A DNA stretch of 64,000 bases from Abditibacterium sp. (GTDB lineage Bacteria > Armatimonadota > Abditibacteriia > Abditibacteriales > Abditibacteriaceae), in the NCBI GenBank assembly GCA_965199495.1, contig CBDASK010000003.1, positions 1,568,001 through 1,632,000 of the forward strand, given 5' to 3'. Shown piece by piece: positions 40,982-51,782 of the stretch. The position numbers and the translations under genes were made by a program. The notes below the pieces were generated by a model. That model did no database searches and was not told the DNA's origin. It saw only the letters and a program-made list of their open reading frames with translations. Position 1 is the first letter of the stretch, and the number at the start of each line of letters is the position of its first letter.

Positions 40982-42532
40982 ATGAATCAACCTCAAGCCC
41001 TTTACCGCAGTTTCGGATTGTTACTGGCTCTCCTGCTTTTTCTGGTCGGGCTTTCGCTTTATAACTTCCGTCTGCTCGGCCAAGCCAGCGCCTATAGCAC
41101 GCGCTCCTATCAAACGCTGCTCGAAAGCGAGGGGCTGATGCAATCGCTACTCAACATGGAAACCGGCGTGCGCGGCTATCTGCTGACTGGCGACGAGCAA
41201 TTTTTGGATCCCTACAACAGTGGGCGCGCCAATTATCAGGTGCATCTGGCGAACGTCAACGAGTTGATGAAAAGCTCGCCCGAACAGATCGTGCGCTTGC
41301 AAGAGTTGGATCGGTTGCAGCATAAATGGCTCGACACCATGATTGCGCCCGCCATCGAGCAACGGCGCGACGCGGCGACGATGCAGGAGGGTTTGGCGGC
41401 GGCTTCGACGCAGGCCATCGAACGCAAAGCCGCGATGGACGATATGCGCAACACCATCGTGCGCATCGAAGATCAGGAAAAAACATTATTGCAAGCGCGC
41501 GGCGAACAACTGGCGCAACGGCGCAGTGGCTTCATCTGGATTTTGTGGGGCGGCGGTTTGTTCTCGATTGTGATTACCGCCGCGCTCGCGGCTTTCGCGG
41601 CGCGCGCCGCCGGACAAATCGCATTGGCGCAGGCCCGCTTGGAAACCAGCAACCGCGAACTGCTTGCCTCGAAAACGCAGGTCGAAGCCGAAAACGCGCA
41701 ACGCCGCGCCGCCGAGGCAAAACTGCGCGAGGCCGTGCAGGATTTGCAACGATCTAACGCCGAATTGGAGCAGTTCGCCTACGTCGCCTCGCACGATTTG
41801 CAGGAGCCACTGCGCGCCGTGGCTGGCTGCGTACAGGTCTTGCAAAAACGCTACGGCGGCAAACTCGATGCGCGCGCCGACCAGTTCATCGAACACGCCG
41901 TGAGCGGCGCGCAACGGATGCAAAACCTCATCAACGATTTGCTGGCCTACTCGCGCGTCGGCACCCACGGCAAACCGTTCGAGGACGTTGCGCTCGATAA
42001 AATCGCCGACTACGCGCTGCAAAACCTGAGCGAACGCATCAAAGAAACCGGCGTCATCGTCACGCGCGACGCCTTGCCGCAGGTTTGGGGCGACGGCGGC
42101 CAACTCGAACTGGTGTTGCAGAATTTGGTTTCTAACGCGCTCAAATTTCGCGGCGAAACCGAGCCGCAGGTTCACATCGGTTACCAACTGCGCCGCGCGT
42201 TGCGCCCGGTTGGCAATGACGGCGCAACGGCTTTGAGCGACGAAGCCCAACATGTGATTTCGGTGCGCGATAACGGATTGGGCATCGAACCGCAATATTT
42301 TCAGCGTATTTTCGTGATGTTCCAGCGTCTGCATACGCGCACCGAATTTCCCGGAACGGGCATCGGTCTGGCGATTTGCAAAAAAATCGTCGAGCGTCAC
42401 GGCGGTTCGATTGGCGTCGAAAGCGTGCCGGGCGAAGGCGCGACATTCTGGTTTTCGCTTCCGGTTCACGCTGAGAATAGAAGCGAAAATGGAATAGAAT
42501 CGCCCGCGCCTGTGGCAACCGGCGCGAATTGA
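40982..42532 (+). CDS. CHASE3-domain sensor histidine kinase
   Basis: TM-CHASE3 ([20 protein letters not shown])-[25 protein letters not shown]. Start set at ATG 40982 because the upstream extension is REP sequence. Confidence 0.93.
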   Translation: MNQPQALYRSFGLLLALLLFLVGLSLYNFRLLGQASAYSTRSYQTLLESEGLMQSLLNMETGVRGYLLTGDEQFLDPYNSGRANYQVHLANVNELMKSSPEQIVRLQELDRLQHKWLDTMIAPAIEQRRDAATMQEGLAAASTQAIERKAAMDDMRNTIVRIEDQEKTLLQARGEQLAQRRSGFIWILWGGGLFSIVITAALAAFAARAAGQIALAQARLETSNRELLASKTQVEAENAQRRAAEAKLREAVQDLQRSNAELEQFAYVASHDLQEPLRAVAGCVQVLQKRYGGKLDARADQFIEHAVSGAQRMQNLINDLLAYSRVGTHGKPFEDVALDKIADYALQNLSERIKETGVIVTRDALPQVWGDGGQLELVLQNLVSNALKFRGETEPQVHIGYQLRRALRPVGNDGATALSDEAQHVISVRDNGLGIEPQYFQRIFVMFQRLHTRTEFPGTGIGLAICKKIVERHGGSIGVESVPGEGATFWFSLPVHAENRSENGIESPAPVATGAN

Positions 42533-42545
42533 GGTAAAGTTATTC

Positions 42546-43004
42546 ATGTCCAATCACACCGATTTTCCCAATGGAGGGCACATCAAACCCGTAGATATTC
42601 TTTTAGTTGAAGATTCGCCGACCGACGTTTTACTGGCGCAGGAGGCGCTCGAACACGCCAAAGTTTTGAACACTTTGCACGTCGTTTCCGATGGCGTCGA
42701 GGCGATGACGTTTTTGCGCCGCGAAGGCGAATACGCCGATATGGAGCGGCCCGATCTGATTTTGCTCGACCTGAACTTGCCACGCAAAGACGGGCGCGAA
42801 GTGTTGGAAGAGATCAAAAATGACGAGGCCCTCAAGCGCATCCCAGTCGTCGTTCTCACCACTTCCAAAGCCGAGGAAGACGTGTTGCGCGCCTACGGCC
42901 TGCACGCCAACTGTTATATCAGCAAGCCAGTGGATTTCGAGCAGTTCGCCGATGTGGTCAAGGCCATCGAGACTTTTTGGTTCACCATCGTGCGCCTGCC
43001 GTAA
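42546..43004 (+). CDS. Single-domain response regulator (Rcp1-like)
   Basis: [42 protein letters not shown]. Confidence 0.93.
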   Translation: MSNHTDFPNGGHIKPVDILLVEDSPTDVLLAQEALEHAKVLNTLHVVSDGVEAMTFLRREGEYADMERPDLILLDLNLPRKDGREVLEEIKNDEALKRIPVVVLTTSKAEEDVLRAYGLHANCYISKPVDFEQFADVVKAIETFWFTIVRLP

Positions 43005-43034
43005 TTGGAGCGGGGTTTTCTTTCAAATTTTGCG

Positions 43035-44237
43035 ATGCAAACGTTTCACGATCCGGCCTCCGATCTGTCCGCCGCGCCCGCGCGCGAGGCGTTGCGCGTG
43101 TTGCTGGTCGAGGACAACCCGACCGACGCGCTGATGGTCGAAGTCGCGTTGGAAGAAATGAGCGCGCCCGCGCCCGTTCTGACGCACGTCGAATTGCTGT
43201 GCGACGCGAAAAGCGCGCTGGAAACGGAAGAATTCGACGTTGTCTTCATTGACCTGAACTTGCCCGATGGCGAAGGTTTGGGCAACTTCGAGCAATTGCA
43301 CGAACTATCGCCCGACCTGCCGATGATCGTTTTGACCGGTTTAGCCGACGAAAGCGTCGCCGTGGCTGCCATCGCGCGCGGCGCCTCGGATTATCTCATC
43401 AAAGGCGAGGCGCCCGCCGCCTTATTGGAACGCTCGATTCGCTACGCCATCGAGCGCAAGCGCAACGAGAACGGGCGTTTGGAACTGGTCAAAGCGCAAA
43501 TCGAGCGCGAAGAAGCCGAAGCCGCCAACGCCGCCAAAGACCAATTTTTAGCTACGATTTCGCACGAACTGCGCACGCCGCTCAACGCGATTATGGGTTG
43601 GACATCGCTCGTGCGCGGCGGCGATTTGGACGAAGAAACCACGCAACAGGCCCTCGAAGTTATCGAGCGCAACGCGCGCGTGCAAGCTCAACTCATCGAA
43701 GATTTGCTCGATGTTTCGCGCATTATTTCCGGCAATTTCCGGCTCGAATTCGGCGAAATAGACTTGTGCAGCATCGTCAAAGCGACGCAACTGACGCTGC
43801 AACCGCAACTTCAAAGCAAACAACTCGACCTGCAATTGGATTTGCAGCCCGTCGCCGAAATCTGCGGCGACCCGACGCGCTTGCAACAGGTCGTGTGGAA
43901 TTTATTGTCCAACGCGATCAAGTTCACGCCCGAAACTAAACAGGTGCGCGTCAGCACGCAGCAGTTCGGCGACCACATCATTCTGGAAGTTTCCGACGAC
44001 GGTCAAGGCATCGCGCCCAACGTGATTTCCCACATTTTCGACCGCTTTCGTCAGGCCGACGGCTCGACCACACGCCGCCACGGCGGCTTGGGTTTGGGCT
44101 TGGCCATCGTGCGCCACATCGTCGAACTGCATCACGGCACGGTTGACGTGCGCAGCGCGGGCGCCGGTCAGGGCACGACCTTCACCGTGACGTTGCCGAT
44201 GCGTAGCGCCGCCGAAGTCATCGAAGATTTCGCGTGA
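43035..44237 (+). CDS. REC-HisKA-HATPase hybrid kinase
   Basis: VLLVEDN, DLNLPD, SHELRTPL, NAIKFT. Confidence 0.93.
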   Translation: MQTFHDPASDLSAAPAREALRVLLVEDNPTDALMVEVALEEMSAPAPVLTHVELLCDAKSALETEEFDVVFIDLNLPDGEGLGNFEQLHELSPDLPMIVLTGLADESVAVAAIARGASDYLIKGEAPAALLERSIRYAIERKRNENGRLELVKAQIEREEAEAANAAKDQFLATISHELRTPLNAIMGWTSLVRGGDLDEETTQQALEVIERNARVQAQLIEDLLDVSRIISGNFRLEFGEIDLCSIVKATQLTLQPQLQSKQLDLQLDLQPVAEICGDPTRLQQVVWNLLSNAIKFTPETKQVRVSTQQFGDHIILEVSDDGQGIAPNVISHIFDRFRQADGSTTRRHGGLGLGLAIVRHIVELHHGTVDVRSAGAGQGTTFTVTLPMRSAAEVIEDFA

Positions 44238-44286
44238 ATTGTTTGAATTTCGGTTTGTATTTGCAAGGTCAAAACATGCAGAAGTG

Positions 44287-44452
44287 ACGCAGTTAGCCTC
44301 GCCTGTCATTTCGAGCGAAGCCGAGAAATCTTTTGCCTGCGCGGCAGCGTAAGTTCAATTCACATTCACCTTTAGGCTTTCGTATTACTGCGCTACCGCG
44401 AGGCAAAAGATTTCTCGGCTTCGCTCGAAATGACAGGCGAGGCCAACTGCGT
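44287..44452. repeat. REPIN-like long palindrome, GTCATTTCGAGCG family
   Basis: ACGCAGTTAGCCTCGCCTGTCATTTCGAGCGAAGCCGAGAAATCTTTTGCCT...inverse. Confidence 0.9.
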
Positions 44453-44577
44453 TTTGCCTAAGCCAATTCACGTTGATCTCCGTGCGCTTATTCGTTCGTG
44501 CGCCAATTGGTAAAAAGCGTGCCTCACCAAACTCGCATTTTCGCGTTTGACGCGATGCGGTTTGGGAGATTTTTACT

Positions 44578-46059
44578 ATGGCCTTAATTCCCGGTGGCAC
44601 TCGTTCACGATTTGGCGGAGCAACGACGGCTCCGCCCGCGCCCAACGGCAACGGCGCGAATGGCAACGGCGAAATTCGCCCCAAAATCGTTGAGGTGCAG
44701 GACGACATGGCTGCTGCCGAGCCGGCGAAAACCGGCGGTCTGGCGGCGTTTCTCGAAGCCGAGATGCACATGCCCGACGACGAAGACGACACCGACTTCG
44801 ACGACGAGCTGTTGCGTTTGTCGCACAAAATCCACGAAGTTTTGGTGGATGAATTGGGCGGCCAACAGTTCAAGGCCGACGACCGCGACCGTTTGCGGCC
44901 CGTCGCCACGCAGGTCATGGCCGACGTTTTGAAAGACGAAAAGCCACTGATGCCCAAGCGCAAAGCGGTATTGGTCGAGGAAGTTTTGAACGAAGTTCTG
45001 GGCTTTGGCCCGATGCAATATCTGCTCAACGACCCGACGATTTCGGAAATTATGGTCAACTCGCCGACCGATATTTTCATCGAGCGCAAAGGCAAAATCT
45101 GCCGCTCCAAACGAAAATTCGTTGACCAAGATCACGTTCTCAACATCGTTGACCGCATCGTGCGCCCGTTGGGCAAAACCGCCAACGCGCGCACGCCCTT
45201 GGTTGACGGACGCTTGCCCGATGGAAGTCGCGTCAACATCGTGATTCCGCCGCTCGCTTTGAACGGGCCGAGCATGAGCATCCGCAAATTTTTTCAGAAG
45301 AAATTGGAAGCCGAAGCCTTGGTTGAGTTCGGTTCGATGACCGAGCCGATGCGTATTTTCCTCGAAGCCGCCGTCAAAGCGCGTATGAACTGCATCATCG
45401 CGGGCGGCACCGGTTCGGGCAAAACTACGACGCTCAACATCACGAGCAACTTCATTCCGCAAACCGAGCGCGTCGTCACCATCGAAGACGCCGCCGAATT
45501 GCAGGTTTACATTCCCAATCTGGTGCGCATGGAATCGCGCCCGGCCAACATCGAAGGCGAAGGCGAAGTCACGATTCGCGATCTGGTCAAAAACGCGTTG
45601 CGTATGCGTCCCGACCGCATCATCGTCGGCGAGTGTCGCGGCGGCGAAACGCTCGATATGTTGCAGGCGATGAACACCGGCCACGAGGGCAGTCTGTCCA
45701 CGGTTCACTCCAACTCGCCGCGTGATACGGTTTCTCGTTTGGAAACGCTGTGCCTGATGAGCGGTTTAGATTTGCCGATTCGCGTGATTTCCAAACAGAT
45801 TTCGTCGGCGATTAACCTCATCGTGCAGCAAGCGCGTCTGTCGGACGGCTCGCGCAAAGTGACGCACATCACCGAGGTGCAGGGAATGGAAGGCGACACG
45901 CTGCTGTTGCAAGATATTTTCATCTTCGACCAGAAAGGCCGCAGTTCCGACGGCAAAGTGATCGGCAGACATCGCGCGACGGGTTTTCGTCCCAAGTGCG
46001 TCCACGAAATCGAAGCCCGTGGCTACGATTTGCCGCGCAATTTGTTTCAACCCGATTGA
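44578..46059 (+). CDS. cpaF: Tad pilus assembly ATPase CpaF/TadA
   Basis: [47 protein letters not shown]. Confidence 0.95.
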   Translation: MALIPGGTRSRFGGATTAPPAPNGNGANGNGEIRPKIVEVQDDMAAAEPAKTGGLAAFLEAEMHMPDDEDDTDFDDELLRLSHKIHEVLVDELGGQQFKADDRDRLRPVATQVMADVLKDEKPLMPKRKAVLVEEVLNEVLGFGPMQYLLNDPTISEIMVNSPTDIFIERKGKICRSKRKFVDQDHVLNIVDRIVRPLGKTANARTPLVDGRLPDGSRVNIVIPPLALNGPSMSIRKFFQKKLEAEALVEFGSMTEPMRIFLEAAVKARMNCIIAGGTGSGKTTTLNITSNFIPQTERVVTIEDAAELQVYIPNLVRMESRPANIEGEGEVTIRDLVKNALRMRPDRIIVGECRGGETLDMLQAMNTGHEGSLSTVHSNSPRDTVSRLETLCLMSGLDLPIRVISKQISSAINLIVQQARLSDGSRKVTHITEVQGMEGDTLLLQDIFIFDQKGRSSDGKVIGRHRATGFRPKCVHEIEARGYDLPRNLFQPD

Positions 46060-46097
46060 TTTGCGCCCTTGGCTTAATTCGATTTAAGATCGATAAT

Positions 46098-47594
46098 TCA
46101 CGCGTAACTCGCCAAAAACTTCGGCGGGCGGCGCGCCATCGTCGCTTGCTCCCAAGCGTAGGCGATGGCGATTAATTTCGGCTCGGAGAACGCGCGACCG
46201 AAAAACGAAAGGCCAATCGGCAGTTCGCAAATGAAACCCGACGGCACCGTGATATTGGGATAACCCGCGACCGCCGCCAGACTGGAACTGGAAACGTAAT
46301 TGGTCGGGCAATCGCCATTAACTAAATCAATCAGCCAGACCGGCGCGTTCGACGGCGCGACGATGGCGTCGAGATCGCCTTGGTTCATCACGAGGTCAAT
46401 GCCTTTTTCCCGCGTCAATTGTTTGGCGCGCGCCAGAGCGGCTCGATATTCGGGCGCGCTCAAATCGCCTTTGGCGTCGGCTTTGACCAATGTTTCCTGT
46501 CCGAAATAACGCAGCTCTCGGTCGGCGTGGCTGCTGTTGAAGGCGATGAGTTTGGCCAGCGAATTATGTTCGCCGCCGCGTTGTTTTAAATAGGCGTTTA
46601 AATCGTGCTTGAACTCGTGGAGCAAAACCTCGAATTCGTCGGCGCCGAAATTATCGAGATCGGGAAAATGAACGTCTACCAATTGGGCGCCGCACGCGCT
46701 TAACGTTTGTAAATTGCGCTCCATCAACGCGTCAACGCGCGCGTTGCGCCCGAAATATTGGCGTGCCACGCCCAACTTCGCGCCGCGTAGTCCAGTTTTA
46801 TCGAGGAATCGCGTGTAATCGAGTTCGCGCGGCACGCCGACTGTTATCGCATCGGCATCGTCTGCGCCCGCCAAAACGTTAAGCAAAATCGCCGCATCGG
46901 CGACGCAGCGTGTCATCGGGCCAGCGGTGTCTTGGCTGTGCGCGATGGGAATGATGCCGCTACGCGAAATCAAACCCAACGTCGGTTTAATCCCGACGAT
47001 GCCGTTGACCGCCGACGGACAAACGATGGAGCCGTCGGTTTCGGTGCCCACGGCAACCGCGCACAGATTAGCAGCCACGGCGACGCCCGAACCCGACGAC
47101 GAACCGCACGGACTGCGATCCAAAATGTAGGGATTGCGTGTTTGGCCGCCGCGCGCCGACCAACCGCTCGACGAATGGTCGCTGCGAAAATTGGCCCACT
47201 CGCTCAAGTTGGTTTTGCCCAAAATTATCGCGCCCGCCGCGCGCAAACGGCTCACGAGAAAAGCGTCGCGTTGCGGCGTTGGAGCATCGCCCAGTGCCAG
47301 ACTGCCCGCCGTTGTTTTCATCGCGTCGGCGCTGTCAATGTTGTCTTTGAGCAAAATCGGAATGCCGTGCAATGGCGAACGAACCGAGCCGTTGGCGCGC
47401 TCAATGTCCGCGCGATGCGCCAGCGATAACGCATCGGCGTTGAGTTCGATGACTGATTGAAGCGATTCGTCCAACTGCTCGATGCGGCGCAGATAAATCT
47501 CGGTGAGTTGCCGCGCGCTCACGGCGCCGGAGTTCATCGCGGCTTGCAACTCGGCCACGGTTTTTTCTTCGACGGCAAAGGGAATTTCGCTCAT
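46098..47594 (-). CDS. Amidase-signature family enzyme
   Basis: LLKDNID, GKTNLSEWANFRS, GSSSGSG, GTETDGSIVCPS. Confidence 0.93.
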   Translation of the reverse strand: MSEIPFAVEEKTVAELQAAMNSGAVSARQLTEIYLRRIEQLDESLQSVIELNADALSLAHRADIERANGSVRSPLHGIPILLKDNIDSADAMKTTAGSLALGDAPTPQRDAFLVSRLRAAGAIILGKTNLSEWANFRSDHSSSGWSARGGQTRNPYILDRSPCGSSSGSGVAVAANLCAVAVGTETDGSIVCPSAVNGIVGIKPTLGLISRSGIIPIAHSQDTAGPMTRCVADAAILLNVLAGADDADAITVGVPRELDYTRFLDKTGLRGAKLGVARQYFGRNARVDALMERNLQTLSACGAQLVDVHFPDLDNFGADEFEVLLHEFKHDLNAYLKQRGGEHNSLAKLIAFNSSHADRELRYFGQETLVKADAKGDLSAPEYRAALARAKQLTREKGIDLVMNQGDLDAIVAPSNAPVWLIDLVNGDCPTNYVSSSSLAAVAGYPNITVPSGFICELPIGLSFFGRAFSEPKLIAIAYAWEQATMARRPPKFLASYA

Positions 47595-47749
47595 GGGGAA
47601 TTACGTGGCACTCAAAAAAAGGCCAATGCTGTGAATGACAGCTTTTGTGCTTAAACATCGCGCCCGAAATGGGGCGCGATGTGGAATACAACTTTTGATT
47701 TTACAATCGCTGGACTGAGCGCGCGTTTCGATTAGCGCGACTTTTTGCT

Positions 47750-48715
47750 ATGGAAACACTCATCGTCGGAATGGTGATCTTCAACGTGGTGGCCTTGGTC
47801 GCCATGAAGGCGCTCAAGAAAAAACCGTCCGCCATCACCACCGATGGCGTTTCGGTCGAGGCCACACAGGCCAATTTGACGCGCGCCAAAACCGAGAAAT
47901 TCACGCTGTTGGCGCGGCTGTTCAAAGGCCGCAAAGAATCCAACGCCATCGAGCGCAACTTGGTGACCGCCAACATCTTGCTCAAACCGAGCGAGTTTCT
48001 GGCGATTAACCTGGTCGTCGAAGTCGTGTTCTTGATTTTGGCGGTCGTCGCGCTACGCTTCATGTCCAACGACGGCGCTTTTGTCACCCTGCTCAAGCGC
48101 ATGGGTTTTCTGGCGTTCATGATCTTCATCGGCTGGCGCGGCCCGCAGATGGTGCTGGCGTTTTTAGCTGGCAAGCGGCGCAACACTTTGGAAATCCAAT
48201 TGGCCGATGCGCTGACGATTATCTCCAGCTCGCTCAAAGGTGGCTACTCGTTTGTGCAGGGTTTGGATATGGCGGGCACCCAGATGGAAGAGCCAATTAA
48301 AGGCGAAATTCAGCGCGTGATTCGGCTGATTCAACTGGGTTTGGACACGCCCAAGGCGCTATTGCAAATGTCGGATCGAGTCAATTCCTACGATTACGAC
48401 ATGACGATTTCGGCGACCAACATTCAGTTGGCTGTCGGCGGCAACTTGTCCTCGCTGTTGGAAGGCATCGCCGCCACGATTCGCGACCGCATCCGTTTGC
48501 GGCGCGACATCGCGGCGCTGACGGCGCAGGGCCGCATTTCGGGCGGCATTTTGTTCGTTTTGCCCATCGGCATCGCCTGTTTTTTGTGCGTCATCAACTG
48601 GGAATACATGTCGGCGCTCTTCACGCCGATTGGCTTCAACTTTCTTTATATGGCGGCGGGCCAACAGGCGGCAGGCTTTTTCTGGATCAAAAAACTGCTC
48701 GATTTCGATAATTAA
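47750..48715 (+). CDS. tadB: Tad pilus platform protein TadB (T2SSF domain)
   Basis: QLADALTIISSSLKGGYS, IQLAVGGNL, AQGRISG. Confidence 0.88.
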   Translation: METLIVGMVIFNVVALVAMKALKKKPSAITTDGVSVEATQANLTRAKTEKFTLLARLFKGRKESNAIERNLVTANILLKPSEFLAINLVVEVVFLILAVVALRFMSNDGAFVTLLKRMGFLAFMIFIGWRGPQMVLAFLAGKRRNTLEIQLADALTIISSSLKGGYSFVQGLDMAGTQMEEPIKGEIQRVIRLIQLGLDTPKALLQMSDRVNSYDYDMTISATNIQLAVGGNLSSLLEGIAATIRDRIRLRRDIAALTAQGRISGGILFVLPIGIACFLCVINWEYMSALFTPIGFNFLYMAAGQQAAGFFWIKKLLDFDN

Positions 48716-48745
48716 CGACGGGATTTCCAACCATCTCCAAGCATC

Positions 48746-49756
48746 ATGGATCATTTACTTTCAATTACTCTGGTGACTGTCTGGGTCGGCTTTTTGGTCG
48801 CGATGGGCAAAGTTCTATCGGAGCAGATGTCGCGTTCGGGCTTCAAAAAGCGCATTCAGCGCACTTTGATGACCGACGATGAACTCGTCGAATCAATGAT
48901 GAAAGACGACGAGCCGAAGAATACCGACATGGACAAATCGTTCGTGGCGCGCATTCTGGGGCCGATTGTCGTCCGATTTGGCGAGTTCTTCAAGTCGTCG
49001 GCGCGCGACGCGGCGGGCGGACAAATCCGCGAAATGCTCGAACAGGCCGGACATCCACTGGGCATGCACTACCCGCAATTTCTGGGTCTCAAACTGTTCT
49101 GTCTGATGGCGTTTTTCGTCATCGGAACGATCACTTCATTTATCGGCGTGCCCATGCTGATGAAATTGGGCGGACTGGCCGACGATTTCGCCACGCGCAC
49201 GCTGTTACAACTGCTGTGGCTGGTTATTTTCGCCTATCTCGGCTTCACCGGCCCGACGTTTTGGTTGCGCCGCACCGTCAATAAGCGCATCAAACAAATC
49301 CGCAAAGCGATGGCCGACGTCGTAGATTTAATCGTGCTGGCCATCGAAGCCGGTCTGGGTTTCGACCAAGCCGTCGGTCAGGCCGTCGCCAAAACGAGCG
49401 GCCCTTTGACCGACGAATTGGCGCGCGTTTTGGACGAAATCCGCGTCGGCAAACCGCAGGGCGAAGCGTTTCGCGATATGTCCAAACGCGTGCGCATGTC
49501 GGAACTCACGCTACTCGTGGCTGCCATTGACCAGGCCACGCGCATGGGAACCGGACTTTCGCAGGCTCTGCGCTTGCAATCTACCGAAATTCGCGAACGC
49601 CGCATGGCTTTCATCCGCGAGCAGGCCGGAAAACTGCCCGTCAAAATGATGATGCCACTGGTGTTTTGTATTTTCCCCGCGCTGTTCGTGGTAATTCTCG
49701 GCCCCGCCGCCGTCAAAATGATCTTGATGTCGCAAGCGGGCGAACTGCCTTCGTAA
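48746..49756 (+). CDS. tadC: Tad pilus platform protein TadC
   Basis: IEAGLGFDQA, REQAGKLPVKMMMPLVFCIFPALFVVILGPA. Confidence 0.9.
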   Translation: MDHLLSITLVTVWVGFLVAMGKVLSEQMSRSGFKKRIQRTLMTDDELVESMMKDDEPKNTDMDKSFVARILGPIVVRFGEFFKSSARDAAGGQIREMLEQAGHPLGMHYPQFLGLKLFCLMAFFVIGTITSFIGVPMLMKLGGLADDFATRTLLQLLWLVIFAYLGFTGPTFWLRRTVNKRIKQIRKAMADVVDLIVLAIEAGLGFDQAVGQAVAKTSGPLTDELARVLDEIRVGKPQGEAFRDMSKRVRMSELTLLVAAIDQATRMGTGLSQALRLQSTEIRERRMAFIREQAGKLPVKMMMPLVFCIFPALFVVILGPAAVKMILMSQAGELPS

Positions 49757-49772
49757 GTTGTGGACAAAGTGA

Positions 49773-49807
49773 AAGCCGCCGCTCTCAGTTGGAGCGGCGG
49801 CTTTTTT
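49773..49807 (+). terminator. Intrinsic terminator
   Basis: AAAGCCGCCGCTC-TCAGTTG-GAGCGGCGGCTTTTTT. Confidence 0.8.
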
Positions 49808-49853
49808 AGCTCAGCTCGCATTATTTTCAGCGTGAAGTTAGCGGGGCTTGCGC

Positions 49854-50077
49854 CTAAAGGGATTGAATTGAGTTGGAAGGGCTTATAATTCACCCCCCAC
49901 TGCCTTCGGCATCTCCCCCCTCCGAGAGGGGAAGAATGCCTCAGTTATTTCGCCGCTTCGCATTGACCAAGAAAGCTCTTTTACCTGATGAGGCATTCTT
50001 CCCCTTTCGGAGGGGAGATGCCGAAGGCAGTGGGAGTGTGAATTATAAGCCCTTCCAACTCAATTCAATCCCTTTAG
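49854..50077. repeat. REPIN-like long palindrome downstream of the RT
   Basis: Arms of about 90 bp: CTAAAGGGATTGAATTGAGTTGGAAGGGCTTATAATTCAC...inverse; core related to the 30866 and 53813 copies. Confidence 0.9.
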
Positions 50078-50094
50078 CGATGAATTCCGCACTT

Positions 50095-51522
50095 CTACCG
50101 CTTCAACCAAACATGAGCCTCGACAAATTTTGCCGCGCGCGCCTTGTCGCTCATCGCAATCCACGCGATCATGCCGCGCGCGTAACTTAGCGCGTCGCGC
50201 CCGATATGCTGGCTCATCTGTTCGGCGCCGATTTGTTCGTAGCGGTGCAAAAACGCGCGAAATTTGCGCAAATCACCCCGCGAAACGCGCGGCCCATCGG
50301 CGTCTTGCGCGTTGACGACCAAACCCGTCACGACCTGGCGCGCGTGCGGGCGCATGACGGCGGTTTTCTCGTCGTTGACGACCAACTTTTCGTCGGCCAC
50401 GACGCGGCGCGTTAATCCAATTAACTTGTTGACATCGGCGTTGCCATCGTCGCTGGAAAACACCAAATCGTCGGCGTAGCGCGAATAGACGAAGCCCAGC
50501 GTTTGCGCGATGCCGCTCAAGCGCGCGTCCAGACGGCGGCACAGCAAATTGGTGATCGTCGGCGAAGTGCAGGCGCCCTGCGGCAAAACGCGCTCGCCGA
50601 CCGCGACGTAGCGTTTGGTTTCGTCTAAAGTTAATTCGACGCGCGGCGCTTCGGTCGCAAGTAGCGCCAGCATGGTAGAGATGCCCTCGTTGTAACCAAA
50701 ATTCTGAAACAAATTTTTGACGCGTTTGAAGCCGATGGACGGAAAGAAATCTTTCAGGTCAATGCGCACGACGACGGCGCGGCTCGCGTGACGCCGCGCG
50801 TTTTCGACGACCGACGCGCCCGGCGCGAACGCCGTGGCTGCATTATGAATCGGCAACGGCTTCAAAACATTTTCCAGCAACCAACTTTGCGCGACGCGCA
50901 GGCGCGTTTTGGGCGACGAAACGTTGCGCATTCCGCCGCGTTTTTTGGGAATTTGAAACCGATAATAATGATCCACCGACGAGGCGCCGCGATGATAACA
51001 CAGCCACGTCAACTCGCTCGGCGCAATGCCAATTGCGCCCGCGATGTCGGCGGGATTTTGCAGCGCGGGCACGCCCAAACGCTGGCGTTGCGTCTGGTCG
51101 CCGCCTTCAAAATTCAAGCCCTGCGAAACGCCGTGCCCCAAAAACTGCGGCTCACTGGCGCGCTTATTTTTCCACAACTCCGCGCGCTTAACGGCCTCGC
51201 GCGCCTTGCGCTCGCGCCGTTCTTCGCGCTGGGCTTTGACGCGCGCGATGCGGCGCGCCCGAATCTCGTCGAGCGCGCCCTGCACATCGGCGGTTTTGGC
51301 GATTTCGGCCTCGATTTCGGTGAGTTCGCGGCGTAAAGGCGCCAATTCGCGGTCGAGTCGCGCGACTTCGCGTTCGGCGATTTCGATTTGCTCTTTCAAG
51401 CCTTCGGGCGGCGGCCAAAATCCCAGACGGCGCATTTCGGCCATCTCGAAGGCCTCTTTGCCTTCCTCTTTGATGCGGGCGCGCCAGTCTCTGGGCACAG
51501 ATTCGTTTTCAATTTCAGCCAT
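50095..51522 (-). CDS. Retron-type reverse transcriptase with long N-terminal helical extension
   Basis: IPKKRGGMR, region X NARRH (NAxxH), DLKDFFPSI, LPQGACTSP, YSRYADDL, region Y VTGLVVN; no maturase or HNH domain. Confidence 0.93.
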   Translation of the reverse strand: MAEIENESVPRDWRARIKEEGKEAFEMAEMRRLGFWPPPEGLKEQIEIAEREVARLDRELAPLRRELTEIEAEIAKTADVQGALDEIRARRIARVKAQREERRERKAREAVKRAELWKNKRASEPQFLGHGVSQGLNFEGGDQTQRQRLGVPALQNPADIAGAIGIAPSELTWLCYHRGASSVDHYYRFQIPKKRGGMRNVSSPKTRLRVAQSWLLENVLKPLPIHNAATAFAPGASVVENARRHASRAVVVRIDLKDFFPSIGFKRVKNLFQNFGYNEGISTMLALLATEAPRVELTLDETKRYVAVGERVLPQGACTSPTITNLLCRRLDARLSGIAQTLGFVYSRYADDLVFSSDDGNADVNKLIGLTRRVVADEKLVVNDEKTAVMRPHARQVVTGLVVNAQDADGPRVSRGDLRKFRAFLHRYEQIGAEQMSQHIGRDALSYARGMIAWIAMSDKARAAKFVEAHVWLKR

Positions 51523-51555
51523 AATTAACTCTCTTTTTCCGTTTTGTTGAAGAAG

Positions 51556-51777
51556 GTATGAGGTTTGGCCCCCTCCCGCCGCCCAGAGGGCACCCGGCTC
51601 CCCCGTTCCGGGAGAGGGAGCTACGTTTCAGTCGCCGCTACGATACGGAGCTTGCTTTAAAGTTTGAAATCGGCACCGTTCACAACGTTTAAGCAAGCTG
51701 CGAAAACTAACGGCGACTGAAACGTAGCTCCCTCCCCCGTGCCGGGAGAGGGTTGGGGAGGGGGCTGAACCTCATAC
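51556..51777. repeat. REPIN-like long palindrome between the SWIM gene and the RT
   Basis: GTATGAGGTT...GAGGGAGCTACGTTTCAGTCGCCG...AGCTTGCTT / AAGCAAGCT...CGGCGACTGAAACGTAGCTCCCTC...AACCTCATAC. Confidence 0.8.
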
Positions 51778-51782
51778 TCTCT

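Noticed and set aside
50095..51522. Group II intron, DGR or CRISPR-associated RT
   Set aside because: It has retron NAxxH and VTG motifs. No maturase/HNH domain, intron domain V, adenine-specific TR/VR pair or cas1 was seen.
51556..51777. RT-proximal hairpin as the retron msr-msd
   Set aside because: Its arms resemble the CCCCTC/GGGAGAGGG repeat elements elsewhere in the window and it carries their shared 16-bp module. Not fully excluded without an experiment.
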